From Candidatus Zhuqueibacterota bacterium (lineage in GTDB: Bacteria; SM23-31; JBHPGK01): a stretch of 58,780 nt of DNA. How positions within the stretch are numbered: the first letter of the stretch is position 1; every line of letters begins with the position of its first letter. The notes beneath the pieces were generated by a model. That model was not told where the DNA came from. It saw nothing but the letters and a program-made list of their open reading frames with translations, and did not search any database. The stretch is from assembly GCA_042570605.1 (NCBI GenBank), contig JBHPGK010000002.1, positions 1 to 58,780 on the forward strand, given 5' to 3'. This document shows positions 8,294 to 17,594 of this stretch, piece after piece. The position numbers and the translations under genes were made by a program.

Positions 8294-9151
8294 ATGAAGA
8301 AAGTTCTTTTATTATTTAGCTTCTTAATATTATTTTCATGTACAGAGAAGAATATCCCTCTTAATGTAATGTCTTTTAATATACGATATAATAATCCGAA
8401 TGATGGCGAGAATGCCTGGCCTAACCGCAAAGACAAAGCGGCAAGCATGATAAAATTCCACAAAGCAGACATAGTAGGTATGCAGGAAGTTCTGAAAGAC
8501 CAGCTTGACGATCTGACTGCCCTTTTGCCGGAATACGGATGGTATGGATTAGGCAGGGATGACGGAAAGGAAGCCGGGGAATTCATGGCGGTATTTTACC
8601 GGGAGGAAAGACTTGAAGCACTGGAATATTCGACATTCTGGTTATCCGAAACACCTGAAAAAGTGTCTATGGGATGGGATGCAGCATGTTTCCGGACAAT
8701 CACTGTGATAAAATTCAAAGACAGACTGACTAATAATATTTTCTATTTTTTTAATACACATTTTGACCACCGGGGGCAGACAGCACGCAGGGAAAGTTCA
8801 CTGCTGCTGCTGAAAAAGATAAGTGAAATTGCAGGGCATATTCCGGTAATAGTCACGGGTGATTTTAATGCAGTGCCTTCATCCGAACCGTATAAGATTT
8901 TAACGACCGGTAATATTGAAAGCGGATTAATTCCGCTTAAAGATACGCGTCATCTCTCTGAAATTTCACACCACGGTCCTACAGGTAGTTTTACCGGATT
9001 TACAAATCCTGTAACGCCCGGTGCACAAATAGACTTCATTTTTGTGAAGGATAAAGTAAGAGTACTTCGCCACGGCATTCTCTCGGACACGTTCGACGGC
9101 TTCTACCCTTCCGACCATCTGCCTGTACTTGTGGAAGTGGTTATTGAATAG
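8294..9151 (+). CDS. Endonuclease/exonuclease/phosphatase (EEP) family protein, probable lipoprotein
   Basis: MKKVLLLFSFLILFSC signal/lipobox. Motifs NIRYNN, GMQEV, TGDFN and SDH(L)P are the EEP catalytic blocks in the correct order. Confidence 0.75.
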   Translation: MKKVLLLFSFLILFSCTEKNIPLNVMSFNIRYNNPNDGENAWPNRKDKAASMIKFHKADIVGMQEVLKDQLDDLTALLPEYGWYGLGRDDGKEAGEFMAVFYREERLEALEYSTFWLSETPEKVSMGWDAACFRTITVIKFKDRLTNNIFYFFNTHFDHRGQTARRESSLLLLKKISEIAGHIPVIVTGDFNAVPSSEPYKILTTGNIESGLIPLKDTRHLSEISHHGPTGSFTGFTNPVTPGAQIDFIFVKDKVRVLRHGILSDTFDGFYPSDHLPVLVEVVIE

Positions 9152-9183
9152 GCTTTTGTTGTCTTAAAAAGCGAAAATAAAGC

Positions 9184-9850
9184 TGTCATGCGAGTAGCGA
9201 AGCGACGAAGCAATCTACCTCCACGAAGTACAATTACAACTGGATTCCCGATTACGTGCGTGTGGCTCAACTGGTTGATAATAAAATTCATGGTTCCAAA
9301 GTGTCTAATAGAATTCAAGTCTCCAGAGTGTCATCCTCGCAAAAGCGGGGATCTCTTACCACGAAGTACGTAATGATAATGCAATGAGATTCCCGTTTTC
9401 ACCACAGCCGTTGGCGGGACAGGCGGGAATGACACATCAGGGCTATAGATTCTTTTGAGATCGAGTTGAGCCACACCCACTTTCAAGGGAATGACACATT
9501 AAAAGGACGTCATTCTGACCCCGAGTGCTCGGAGGAAGCAATCTCCTACCACATGCAACAAAACATCCTGTGGCTTTGCTCCTTTACCTGTTTTTCTCCA
9601 GAGTAATCAGGGGAATCTCGTCATCATTTACACAGTATTGTCTGCTGTAGTAAAATAAACTGTCATTGCGAGGAGCGAAGCGACGTGGCAATCTCCTACC
9701 ACGAAGAAATTTACTATGAGATTCCCTTTTTCAAGGGAATGACACATTAAAAGGACGTCATTCTGACCCCGAGTGCTCGGGGGAAGAATCTCCTCTTTTA
9801 CTATGGAGACCCCAATCCCGAACATAAGGACGGGATTACTCGCAATGACA
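9184..9850. repeat. Hotspot of at least 9 GTCATT...AATCTC-family hairpin units in both orientations; includes a 52-nt perfect direct repeat
   Basis: 9481-9532 equals 9729-9780 (tttcaagggaatgacacattaaaaggacgtcattctgaccccgagtgctcgg). 9661-9695 (tgtcattgcgaggagcgaagcgacgtggcaatctc) is the exact reverse complement of 5525-5559. A diverged copy lies at 9184-9228. Further units lie at about 9329-9366, 9386-9434, 9718-9744 and 9810-9850. Confidence 0.85.
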
Positions 9851-9915
9851 GATATGCTGTGTTTTATTCCTCTCGTTCACTTTTGGGGAATCTACTAATC
9901 ATGTCAAAAAAAAGT

Positions 9916-10662
9916 CTATTTACTCATCCTCCCCCTCACCTTCTCCCACGATTCCGTGATCAGAAAACTCTCATCCATATTATCGATCATTTGGACAAAC
10001 CGGTTAAAGGGGACAGCAAATGTAAGTACATTCTTTTCCACACACGGGCGTGCGGAAACGTCGAACATCCCGATGACTGCTCTCGGGCGTTCTTTATCCC
10101 TTTCAAGATACGGATAAGTAATAATTGTACCGCATCCGGAGCCGAATGGCGTGTATACGGAGTTTGCCTCAGCTTCATCAAAATTTACCAATGTGAACAG
10201 CCCGGAAAGAACATCAGGTTTTGCAAAAAATATTATCACTTCCGGAGTGTCTTCTACATCGAGGTTATCCCATCTTTTAAAGACAGCATATTTTGCAGGT
10301 GCTTTGAATTTAGGCATTTTTTTCATTGCTTCTTCCACAAGTTCAGGTGTCTTCAAATACCGCTCCCCTTCCAGTTCACCCTCGATCCCGCATGAGAGAA
10401 AATACTTAAATTGAGGACCGAACTCGTGCACATAGCCGAGATATCTCTTTGCACCTCCACAGTTAGCGATTCCCTCATGAAAACACAGCGATTTTCCTTT
10501 TCTTACTGCTTTTATGTCGGCTATAATACAGCTCCATTTTTTCTGGCCGGCAAATCCTACATCAATTGGTTTATCCGTATAATACATTGTAACCGGCAGT
10601 TCTGAATTGCCAAAATATTTCTGCCATTTTTCCAAAAATTTCTCTTTCAGTTTTAAATCCAT
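9916..10662 (-). CDS. Probable DUF169-family protein (function unknown)
   Basis: 248 aa, soluble. Its size and the conserved Cys/Gly block (SLCFHEGIANCGGAKRYLGY) recall DUF169 (COG2043). An AGGAG RBS is present. The assignment comes from motif memory only. Confidence 0.45.
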   Translation of the reverse strand: MDLKLKEKFLEKWQKYFGNSELPVTMYYTDKPIDVGFAGQKKWSCIIADIKAVRKGKSLCFHEGIANCGGAKRYLGYVHEFGPQFKYFLSCGIEGELEGERYLKTPELVEEAMKKMPKFKAPAKYAVFKRWDNLDVEDTPEVIIFFAKPDVLSGLFTLVNFDEAEANSVYTPFGSGCGTIITYPYLERDKERPRAVIGMFDVSARPCVEKNVLTFAVPFNRFVQMIDNMDESFLITESWEKVRGRMSK

Positions 10663-10715
10663 ATTTATTCTCCTAAAATCTAAAATTCATAGTTCACACC
10701 ATCGCTCTGAACTGT

Positions 10716-11399
10716 TTATTCGACATTGTCTGCATCCGGATTATTTTTCTTAAAAAGGTTTTTGGCAATAGGGGCAAATCCAATAAGAATAAGGATAACA
10801 AAGATAATCAAAAGCAGGTAATCAGGAATATTTATTACGTAGCCGAGTAATGCCAGTAAATAAAATCTGGGAGTCCTCGATAAAAAAACTGCAAGCAGGT
10901 ACATTTTAACCGGATATTTTGCCAGTACAACGAGGAAACGCATAGGATAAAACGGGACTGGTGTAAATCCTGCAATCCATAATGCGGCAAAAGGGAACTT
11001 GTTAAAAAGCTTTATCAGTTTTTCAGTAAATTTATTTTCCCGAAGTTTAAGAAAAAGCTTAATATCGGCAAAATACTCAAAAACGGAATAATTTAATGCT
11101 TCTGTAAGAAGAGTCCCGGCCACTGATACGACTGCAATAATAAATGCCGAATAAAACTTGCTGAAATAAAAAAGAATAGGTTCATGCGGAACGATTGCGA
11201 TTAAAAACTCAGCCGGGAAACAGTATAAAAAGAGAACCCATAGATTTGTACTTTTTTTTATTGTTCCTGAACTCAGCCAGATAAAAAGCAGGACGGCAAC
11301 AAAAGCGATCTCCAGGATTACTAATGCCGTTTTGATATTAAAAGAGGCTCTTTTCCCAATCAGGTTATAGTCTTCTTTAGGATTCTTGTTTTCGACCAT
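10716..11399 (-). CDS. Polytopic membrane protein, possibly VTT/DedA-YqaA-like
   Basis: 227 aa with about 5-6 hydrophobic helices. A VPHEP-type motif after TM2 and a basic RTPRF segment resemble the YqaA/DedA (VTT) family. It lies in the same strand run as the radical SAM and CDP-alcohol transferase genes. Confidence 0.35.
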   Translation of the reverse strand: MVENKNPKEDYNLIGKRASFNIKTALVILEIAFVAVLLFIWLSSGTIKKSTNLWVLFLYCFPAEFLIAIVPHEPILFYFSKFYSAFIIAVVSVAGTLLTEALNYSVFEYFADIKLFLKLRENKFTEKLIKLFNKFPFAALWIAGFTPVPFYPMRFLVVLAKYPVKMYLLAVFLSRTPRFYLLALLGYVINIPDYLLLIIFVILILIGFAPIAKNLFKKNNPDADNVE

Positions 11400-11434
11400 T
11401 AAAATAACAAAGGAATTTATATTTGCAAATATCC

Positions 11435-12400
11435 TTAGATATTCAAATTATCCCTGATTAAATAAAAGGCTGGTTTTTCGGTATTGGCACGGATGCTTGT
11501 ATTACAATATGTACACGTATTTGTTTTTAAAAAACCTTCAACAAGCTCCTCTTTAGTATTAAAACTGCCGGCAATCAAGCCGCAGGGAGAAAGTGTTCCG
11601 TCCGGATTTATTATTAAAAACTTTTCACCTGTACGGCAGTCCGGGATAGACTCATTCTCAAAGAATTCAACAACCTTTCCAAAAACATATTTTGAAGTGA
11701 ATACAGTATTATATTTCTTTTTAAACTCAAGAAGTTTATTTATCATTTCCTTCAGTTCCGGAATTTCCTTTTTCGGTATAAGATAGTCTTTCTTATGAGT
11801 TCTCAGCCATGTATAAGTGCTGAAACTCACCTTCACACCCCACTTATATGCAAACTCTGCAATGTTCATTAGTTCTTTGTAATTATACGTGTGTATCACA
11901 CATGCAAGTGTTATTCTTTTGCACTTTTCATCTTTAACAGATTCAAGAAGATTAACAATCTTGTTATACAGACCCGGGATCCCGCGGAAATCGTCATGGC
12001 GCTCATCAGGATAATCAAATGACACAGAAAATTCATCAACACCGGCATCTACCAGTTTATCGTATTTTTCCCTGTTAAGCAGGGCTGCATTAGTTGTAAG
12101 AACTACCAGAGGTACATTGTTTGGGTTTTTAATTGCTCTGATTACCTCTTCAAGGTCCTGTCTTAATAGAGGTTCACCACCGGATACCTGTGCAACAACA
12201 GGTTTTATCTGCCTGCAAATTTCCCGGTATTTTTCCGGAGCTGCCCTTACCTCATCTTTGATCATACCGCCAAGATGGCAGTGTTTACATTTTGCGTTGC
12301 AGCTGTATGTTGTTTCAAAGGAGACACAAAGAGGTTTTTTTGTGATGTAGTTTTTAATTCCCCTGTTAATTAATGCAGTGTATTGAATAAATTTACTCAT
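11435..12400 (-). CDS. Radical SAM enzyme with a C-terminal auxiliary Cys cluster (SPASM/twitch-like)
   Basis: CNAKCKHC (Cx3Cx2C) at residues about 34-41, a GGEPLL glycine-rich SAM motif, and C-terminal CRTG...PCG...CTYC cysteines. Its start overlaps the upstream gene by 8 nt. Confidence 0.8.
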   Translation of the reverse strand: MSKFIQYTALINRGIKNYITKKPLCVSFETTYSCNAKCKHCHLGGMIKDEVRAAPEKYREICRQIKPVVAQVSGGEPLLRQDLEEVIRAIKNPNNVPLVVLTTNAALLNREKYDKLVDAGVDEFSVSFDYPDERHDDFRGIPGLYNKIVNLLESVKDEKCKRITLACVIHTYNYKELMNIAEFAYKWGVKVSFSTYTWLRTHKKDYLIPKKEIPELKEMINKLLEFKKKYNTVFTSKYVFGKVVEFFENESIPDCRTGEKFLIINPDGTLSPCGLIAGSFNTKEELVEGFLKTNTCTYCNTSIRANTEKPAFYLIRDNLNI

Positions 12401-13025
12401 TCCTGTTGATCTCCACGGTTTGATTAGCGTATTTACTCGACGCCTTTTTTCTTTTTTGTAATAAAATGTAAACAGAATAACTTTTTACCCCCACCAGACA
12501 GCATGCCAGTAAAGTTGAAATAGCTATCATACCGGGCAGAAAAATCACAAGAACTGCAAAAAGTGTTGAGTTAACAAATTTACCTACTTTACTGAAATTC
12601 AGCAGATGCACAGTTTTGTCTACTTTGAAAAAATAATCGGGTGAAATTATGTCATACTTGTTAAACTGATAACCCAGATAAAAATCTACAAATGCATAAT
12701 CCATTAGATAGATCAGAACCGGCAGATAGAGTTCGGAATTGAAATGAAGCAGGTTTACATAAAAATAAATAACTTCTATTCTATCCGCGATTAAGTCTAT
12801 TTCTGCTCCTAAAATTGTCTCCTGTTTGAAAAGTTTTGCACATGCACCATCTATAAAATCCCCGATAAGATGAATTCCAAATCCAATTAAGTTATAAGTT
12901 GGATTTTGCTCGATAACTGCCATCGTATAAAATGTTATCGACAGAACCAGCCTGATTAATGTAATAAGATTTGCTTCCGTCAAATAGGAATCGGGTGTTC
13001 TTGATTTAAATATTTTTCCGGGCAT
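12393..13025 (-). CDS. CDP-alcohol phosphatidyltransferase family protein
   Basis: DFIDGACAKLFKQETILGAEIDLIADR fits DGx2A(R/K)x8Gx3Dx3D. 210 aa with multiple TM helices. Confidence 0.8.
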   Translation of the reverse strand: MPGKIFKSRTPDSYLTEANLITLIRLVLSITFYTMAVIEQNPTYNLIGFGIHLIGDFIDGACAKLFKQETILGAEIDLIADRIEVIYFYVNLLHFNSELYLPVLIYLMDYAFVDFYLGYQFNKYDIISPDYFFKVDKTVHLLNFSKVGKFVNSTLFAVLVIFLPGMIAISTLLACCLVGVKSYSVYILLQKRKKASSKYANQTVEINRNE

Positions 13026-13183
13026 AATAACCTTTCGTTCCTGGATTAAATTATTTTAAATATAGAAATTTTCATACAAAATGCAATTCAATTTAGATAA
13101 AATACGCAATATTCATGAAATTAAATTTGCTTATTTTGATTTTACGAAAGTGCGGCTCATGAAAGCGACATAAACTTAAATTT

Positions 13184-15064
13184 TTATCCCATGATTCTGA
13201 AAGCAATTTTTCCTTTTGAATAAATTGTAATTTTTCCGTCAAGTTCGACGACCAGGCATACTGCGTTTGTCAAATATGACATTTTTGCAGCTATATTATA
13301 CCTGCTCGCCTTGCTTATCTCAATTTCAGGATCCTTTATTTCCGGGGGGCGCAAAAAGGTCATACCCTGTTTAATATTTCCAATATTATCGATTATTGCC
13401 GCACCTTTTCTTGAAAACAGCTGAAGTAAAAAGTCTGAGGAATATTTCTTTATATATTCCTCTTTACACTTAACAAAACTTTTAGACAAATCAGCGTATT
13501 TTAGAATATTCTCATGATCACCAACCGTAATAAAAGTGCCTTTGCCTTCATCAGAAATTTTATATGCTTGTTTTAATAAAAACGATAAAATATCACTATC
13601 CACAGAATGCTTTTCAGCAATAAAATTGATACCTTTTTTAATATCACAAGGATGAATATGCCACGTCGCGCGCTGGTGGGATAAGATCCTTTTACCCTTG
13701 AAAAACATTTTAATTCTTCCGTTTCCGTCAAAAAGCAATAACAGTCCATTAGTCAATGCTGAAGCTGTTGCCGGTTTCAGGTATTTTTCAGGGAGAAAAC
13801 TTTCGACTTCCGGGCTATCCTCCTTAAAAATAAGGCTTCCAACTAATTCACCGTTTGACTTCAAAACAAAAGAACCAACATAACCGCTTACAATTGTTGA
13901 TGAGGACACCACAGCATCCAATGAATTCAGGATATTTCCCGGGCAAGATAAGATCACTCTCTGAAAAGCGCTGTTATCGGACTTACCTTCAGGGATTATT
14001 AATATTGAAGTACAGATACTTTTGTTATCACGCTCCCTGTATTTTAATCTGTCGATCAGATCTATTAACCGTGACAGCACATTCTCTTTTATATTCAATT
14101 CATCAAGTATAGGTGCGAGCACAAGAAATATTGATGACAAACGAAATTCGTTAAAGATCTTTACAGCAACTTCTGAAGAGAACCGGTATTTATCAAGCTG
14201 AATATTTTCCTGAATAACACGTTTTTGAGATGTCAGAAATGTTCCGTTTTTTAAATCATAATCATGGGTAATAAGGTTTTCCGGATCAATATAAGTTTCT
14301 CCCCTTGGCAATAGAGGTTTCCAGTCCGCTTTATATGACCAGAAAACCGGCAGTGTATTAGTAGGTGTACTGTAAAAAAATCCTACCAGCAGTTCACTTG
14401 AAGCATAACCAAATGGATGATCCGGGAATAAGTGTTTACCGTATTTCTGCAGGATATTTCTGGCGTGGACTCTTTCTTCGGTTATTTCAAATATCCGGGA
14501 ATCTTCAGCAAAAGGCGATTCGGAGGATAATACCTTATCAGCCACTATTATTTTAAATTCTGTATTTTTATGAAGATATTCTATGCCGTTCTCATAACCG
14601 ACCAATGCTGCAAAAATTATATTGGATTGTTTTTCATGAGATACAATTGGCGCTATTATTTCACGCCACAGCGCTGCTGCCTGATGTCCGGAGCCAATAA
14701 AATCGTCGATAAAAACTATTGCTGAGTCTTTTCCTGTTTTCAGATTTCTAAAATCTTCGGTTGATATAAATTGGGAAGCTTTCAGGTTATTACGGTTTTT
14801 ATAAAAATAAGCAACGACTCCCCCGCTTTTTGCAACATATCCAACTGGTACAAACCGGATCTTTTCAGACGTCATTCCAAGAAAATTAGTAATATTATTA
14901 TGCAGTACATGGACCAGTTTGTCAACTTTTTTTGGACTGTAATATTTAAAATGTGTCAGCAGCTTGTTTATTATCGGACGTTCCTCTTCCTCAAACTGGT
15001 TTAACCATGAAACAACAGTTTCTTTTTTTACATCGCCATCAAATAAACTCTGGATTTTGTTCAT
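13184..15064 (-). CDS. Uncharacterised 626-aa protein: N-terminal PRTase-like domain plus two degenerate DAC (DisA_N)-like modules
   Basis: AIVFIDDFIGSGHQ is a PRPP-loop-like motif (residues about 115-128). C-terminal blocks KGTFITVG / RKGAAIID / SRYNIAAKMS...CLVVELDGKITIYSKGK follow the order of DAC-domain blocks, but the catalytic DGA and RHR residues are replaced. A weaker earlier copy spans residues about 330-470. Confidence 0.4.
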   Translation of the reverse strand: MNKIQSLFDGDVKKETVVSWLNQFEEEERPIINKLLTHFKYYSPKKVDKLVHVLHNNITNFLGMTSEKIRFVPVGYVAKSGGVVAYFYKNRNNLKASQFISTEDFRNLKTGKDSAIVFIDDFIGSGHQAAALWREIIAPIVSHEKQSNIIFAALVGYENGIEYLHKNTEFKIIVADKVLSSESPFAEDSRIFEITEERVHARNILQKYGKHLFPDHPFGYASSELLVGFFYSTPTNTLPVFWSYKADWKPLLPRGETYIDPENLITHDYDLKNGTFLTSQKRVIQENIQLDKYRFSSEVAVKIFNEFRLSSIFLVLAPILDELNIKENVLSRLIDLIDRLKYRERDNKSICTSILIIPEGKSDNSAFQRVILSCPGNILNSLDAVVSSSTIVSGYVGSFVLKSNGELVGSLIFKEDSPEVESFLPEKYLKPATASALTNGLLLLFDGNGRIKMFFKGKRILSHQRATWHIHPCDIKKGINFIAEKHSVDSDILSFLLKQAYKISDEGKGTFITVGDHENILKYADLSKSFVKCKEEYIKKYSSDFLLQLFSRKGAAIIDNIGNIKQGMTFLRPPEIKDPEIEISKASRYNIAAKMSYLTNAVCLVVELDGKITIYSKGKIAFRIMG

Positions 15065-15100
15065 TGCTTTAATATTTGTTGTCTCTGTCAGGATTCTATA

Positions 15101-17539
15101 CTATTTCTTGTTTTTTACATACTTTTCAAGCCAGTTGTACGTTTCCCAGAGCATATGTAAAACAGATTCTCTTGCTCTGTATCCGTGGCTTTCATGAGGC
15201 AGCATGACCAGCCTGACCGTTGCCCCGTGTCCCTTAAGAGCGCTGTAATACCTTTTACTTTGAATTGGGAAAGTACCCGAATTGTTGTCGGCTTCCCCAT
15301 GAATAAGAAGTAATGGTTCATTAACTTTTTGAGCGTGCATAAACGGAGACATGGCAAAGTAGATTTCAGGCGCTTCCCAGAAAGTTCTTGATTCATTTTG
15401 AAATCCAAAAGGCGTAAGTGACCGGTTGTAGGCTCCGCTTCTTGCTATACCTGCAGCAAAAAGGTCGGAATGAGCCAGCAGATTTGCAGTCATAAATGCA
15501 CCATACGAATGACCTCCGACTGCTACTCTTAGAGGATCGGCAGCACCTCTGCCTGCAACAGCATCAATTGCAGCTTTACCGTTTGCCACAAGCTGCTTTA
15601 TGAAGGTATCGTTTGGTTCTGTATCACCTTCTCCTATAATAGGCATTTCCGCCCCGTCAAGTACTGCATAACCCTGTGTAAGAAATAACAAGATAGATGT
15701 CGGGCTTAGTCTGGTAAACCTGTATTTTGATCCTCTTACCTGTCCTGCAGCTCTTGCACTCTTGAATTCTCTTGGGTATGCCCATATCAACAGTGGTAAT
15801 GGACCTTGATCCTTTGTGTAACCGGCTGGAAGATATAAGGTGCCTGTTAAATCCAATCCGTCATCACGTTTATATTTTATATATTCCTTATAAATATCTT
15901 TCATTTGGGGAAACGGATGGGGAAAATCTGTAATTTGTGTGGTTTTATTATTATTTAAATCCCTGATAAAATAATTAGGAGGTTCTTGGGTAGACTCCCT
16001 GCTTGTGATAAAAATTTTACCGTTTTCACTTATTAAATTTACAAAATTTTCATAGTACGGGGCTTCACACTGCCACAAACGTTCGGTTTTTTTTGTATTC
16101 AGGTTCATTTTATCAAAAAATGGGAAACTTCCCTCCGGGGATGAGCCGGAACCTGACAGATATATATTATCGTTCTTATCTTTTAAAAGAACCCTTCTGG
16201 CATATTTGTTCTGAATGGTTAGAGGACTTCCTGGATCAGAATACGTGTCTTCAGTCGAACGGTCAAAAAGAAGTTCAGGTTTTGCGTCCGGATTGCCGGG
16301 ATTGAAAATCCATGTTTTTGTTTTGCGGGACGGTCTCCAATTCTCGGTTGCCAGTGCAATTTTTTCATTACACCAGGTAATGCCTCTGTATCTGAGATTT
16401 AATGAAACAAGTTCTTTTGGACCGCTGTCAAAAGGAGGTTCAAGAAAATATACTTTATCTCGAAATTCTACTTTTTTCTTTGGATCGCCTTCATCCTGTG
16501 CCTCTACATAATATAAAGTTGAAGGAACATCGGCACGCCAGCTGAAATTACGAGGTCCCGGTGTTGTTGAACCGGAACCTAAAGGTACTTCTTCCATCAA
16601 TGGTATATCAGCAATTTTCCGGATCAATCTGCCCATCATATCCCAGACTTCAACAGAATGCGGAAATCTATATGAAGGAACAATATAGGAAAATGGGTGG
16701 TGAATGATGTTAACCAGAATATACTTTCCATCCGGAGAAACTGAAAGATCAGAAAAAATGCCGGTTTCGCCGATTTTATTTATTTTACCGTCTACAGTTA
16801 CCTTACAAATACAGGACGCAAAATAATATTCAAAGAGTTTTTCATCGTAAGAATTTTTCAGGAGGTCCTGATATGTCCAGGCAGGAGCAACTTTTCCAAT
16901 GTTCTCCTGTACAGTAGGTCCGGAGGGGACTTTTGGTATTTCAGGTGGATCATTCCTGTCCGAAGACACAAATTTACATAAAATTGTCCTGCTGTCCGAA
17001 GTCCACTCTATTGGAGAACCGAATGTCCCGTTTAAAACAGGTTCCGTGAGTTTTTTAGCAGTAAAATTTTCTATTTCAACAATCCATAATTCAATGCCTG
17101 AATCAACCGTGTTGGTAAAAGCGATAAACTTACAGTCGGGTGACCAGAGAATACTTCTTCCACCATATCTGGAAACTTGACCGATTTGTGGATTTTCAGG
17201 AAGACCTTTAACAGGGTATTCTTTGTTACTCGTCAGGTTTTTCAAAATCAGGTTCTTAAAATGAGATACCCTGCTTTGACCATTGATCGCCGGATTTATC
17301 CTGTGACCTGCAATTCTAAATTCAGGCTGCGCAAGTTCTTTAATTGCCGGCAGACTCCGGCGTTCCATGATCAGCATCCATTTTGCATCCGGGCTGAATC
17401 CTACTGAAGGTGTGACAGGTGCATCCACAAGGTCAACTATCTCCTTTGGAGGTGTCATGTATTCGGCAGATTCCTGCGGAAAAGAGGATATAAATGAACA
17501 TAAAATTATAATTACTGAAAAAACATATATCTTTTTCAT
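15101..17539 (-). CDS. Secreted S9-family serine peptidase (prolyl oligopeptidase / dipeptidyl-peptidase type) with an N-terminal beta-propeller
   Basis: Signal peptide. GGHSYGAFM (GxSxG nucleophile), HGEADNN (Asp) and ESHGY (His) appear in canonical S9 order. A long propeller-like N-terminal region carries TolB/WD-like repeats. Confidence 0.85.
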   Translation of the reverse strand: MKKIYVFSVIIILCSFISSFPQESAEYMTPPKEIVDLVDAPVTPSVGFSPDAKWMLIMERRSLPAIKELAQPEFRIAGHRINPAINGQSRVSHFKNLILKNLTSNKEYPVKGLPENPQIGQVSRYGGRSILWSPDCKFIAFTNTVDSGIELWIVEIENFTAKKLTEPVLNGTFGSPIEWTSDSRTILCKFVSSDRNDPPEIPKVPSGPTVQENIGKVAPAWTYQDLLKNSYDEKLFEYYFASCICKVTVDGKINKIGETGIFSDLSVSPDGKYILVNIIHHPFSYIVPSYRFPHSVEVWDMMGRLIRKIADIPLMEEVPLGSGSTTPGPRNFSWRADVPSTLYYVEAQDEGDPKKKVEFRDKVYFLEPPFDSGPKELVSLNLRYRGITWCNEKIALATENWRPSRKTKTWIFNPGNPDAKPELLFDRSTEDTYSDPGSPLTIQNKYARRVLLKDKNDNIYLSGSGSSPEGSFPFFDKMNLNTKKTERLWQCEAPYYENFVNLISENGKIFITSRESTQEPPNYFIRDLNNNKTTQITDFPHPFPQMKDIYKEYIKYKRDDGLDLTGTLYLPAGYTKDQGPLPLLIWAYPREFKSARAAGQVRGSKYRFTRLSPTSILLFLTQGYAVLDGAEMPIIGEGDTEPNDTFIKQLVANGKAAIDAVAGRGAADPLRVAVGGHSYGAFMTANLLAHSDLFAAGIARSGAYNRSLTPFGFQNESRTFWEAPEIYFAMSPFMHAQKVNEPLLLIHGEADNNSGTFPIQSKRYYSALKGHGATVRLVMLPHESHGYRARESVLHMLWETYNWLEKYVKNKK

Positions 17540-17594
17540 AGCCCTTTCCCCTTTACTAAATAATTAATACGAATTATTACAAAATCAACGGAAA

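Noticed and set aside
9188-9825. Small ORFs 9188-9373 (+) and 9628-9825 (-) in the repeat island
   Set aside because: They are composed of repeat-unit translations (for example …VAKRRSNLPPRST…), lack an RBS, and copies of the same units elsewhere are in different frames.
9184-9850. Possible CRISPR array, given the many short repeats in a gene-free stretch
   Set aside because: The units differ in length and sequence, occur in both orientations, have no regular repeat-spacer period, and are found singly elsewhere (5525, 5643, 20813, 33918). No cas genes or leader are present.
13184-15064. Calling the 626-aa protein an active diadenylate cyclase (DisA/CdaA)
   Set aside because: The catalytic DGA and RHR motifs are not conserved (KGA and RYN in the better copy). 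Only the fold-level block order is seen, so I report it as a degenerate DAC-like module and not as a cyclase.
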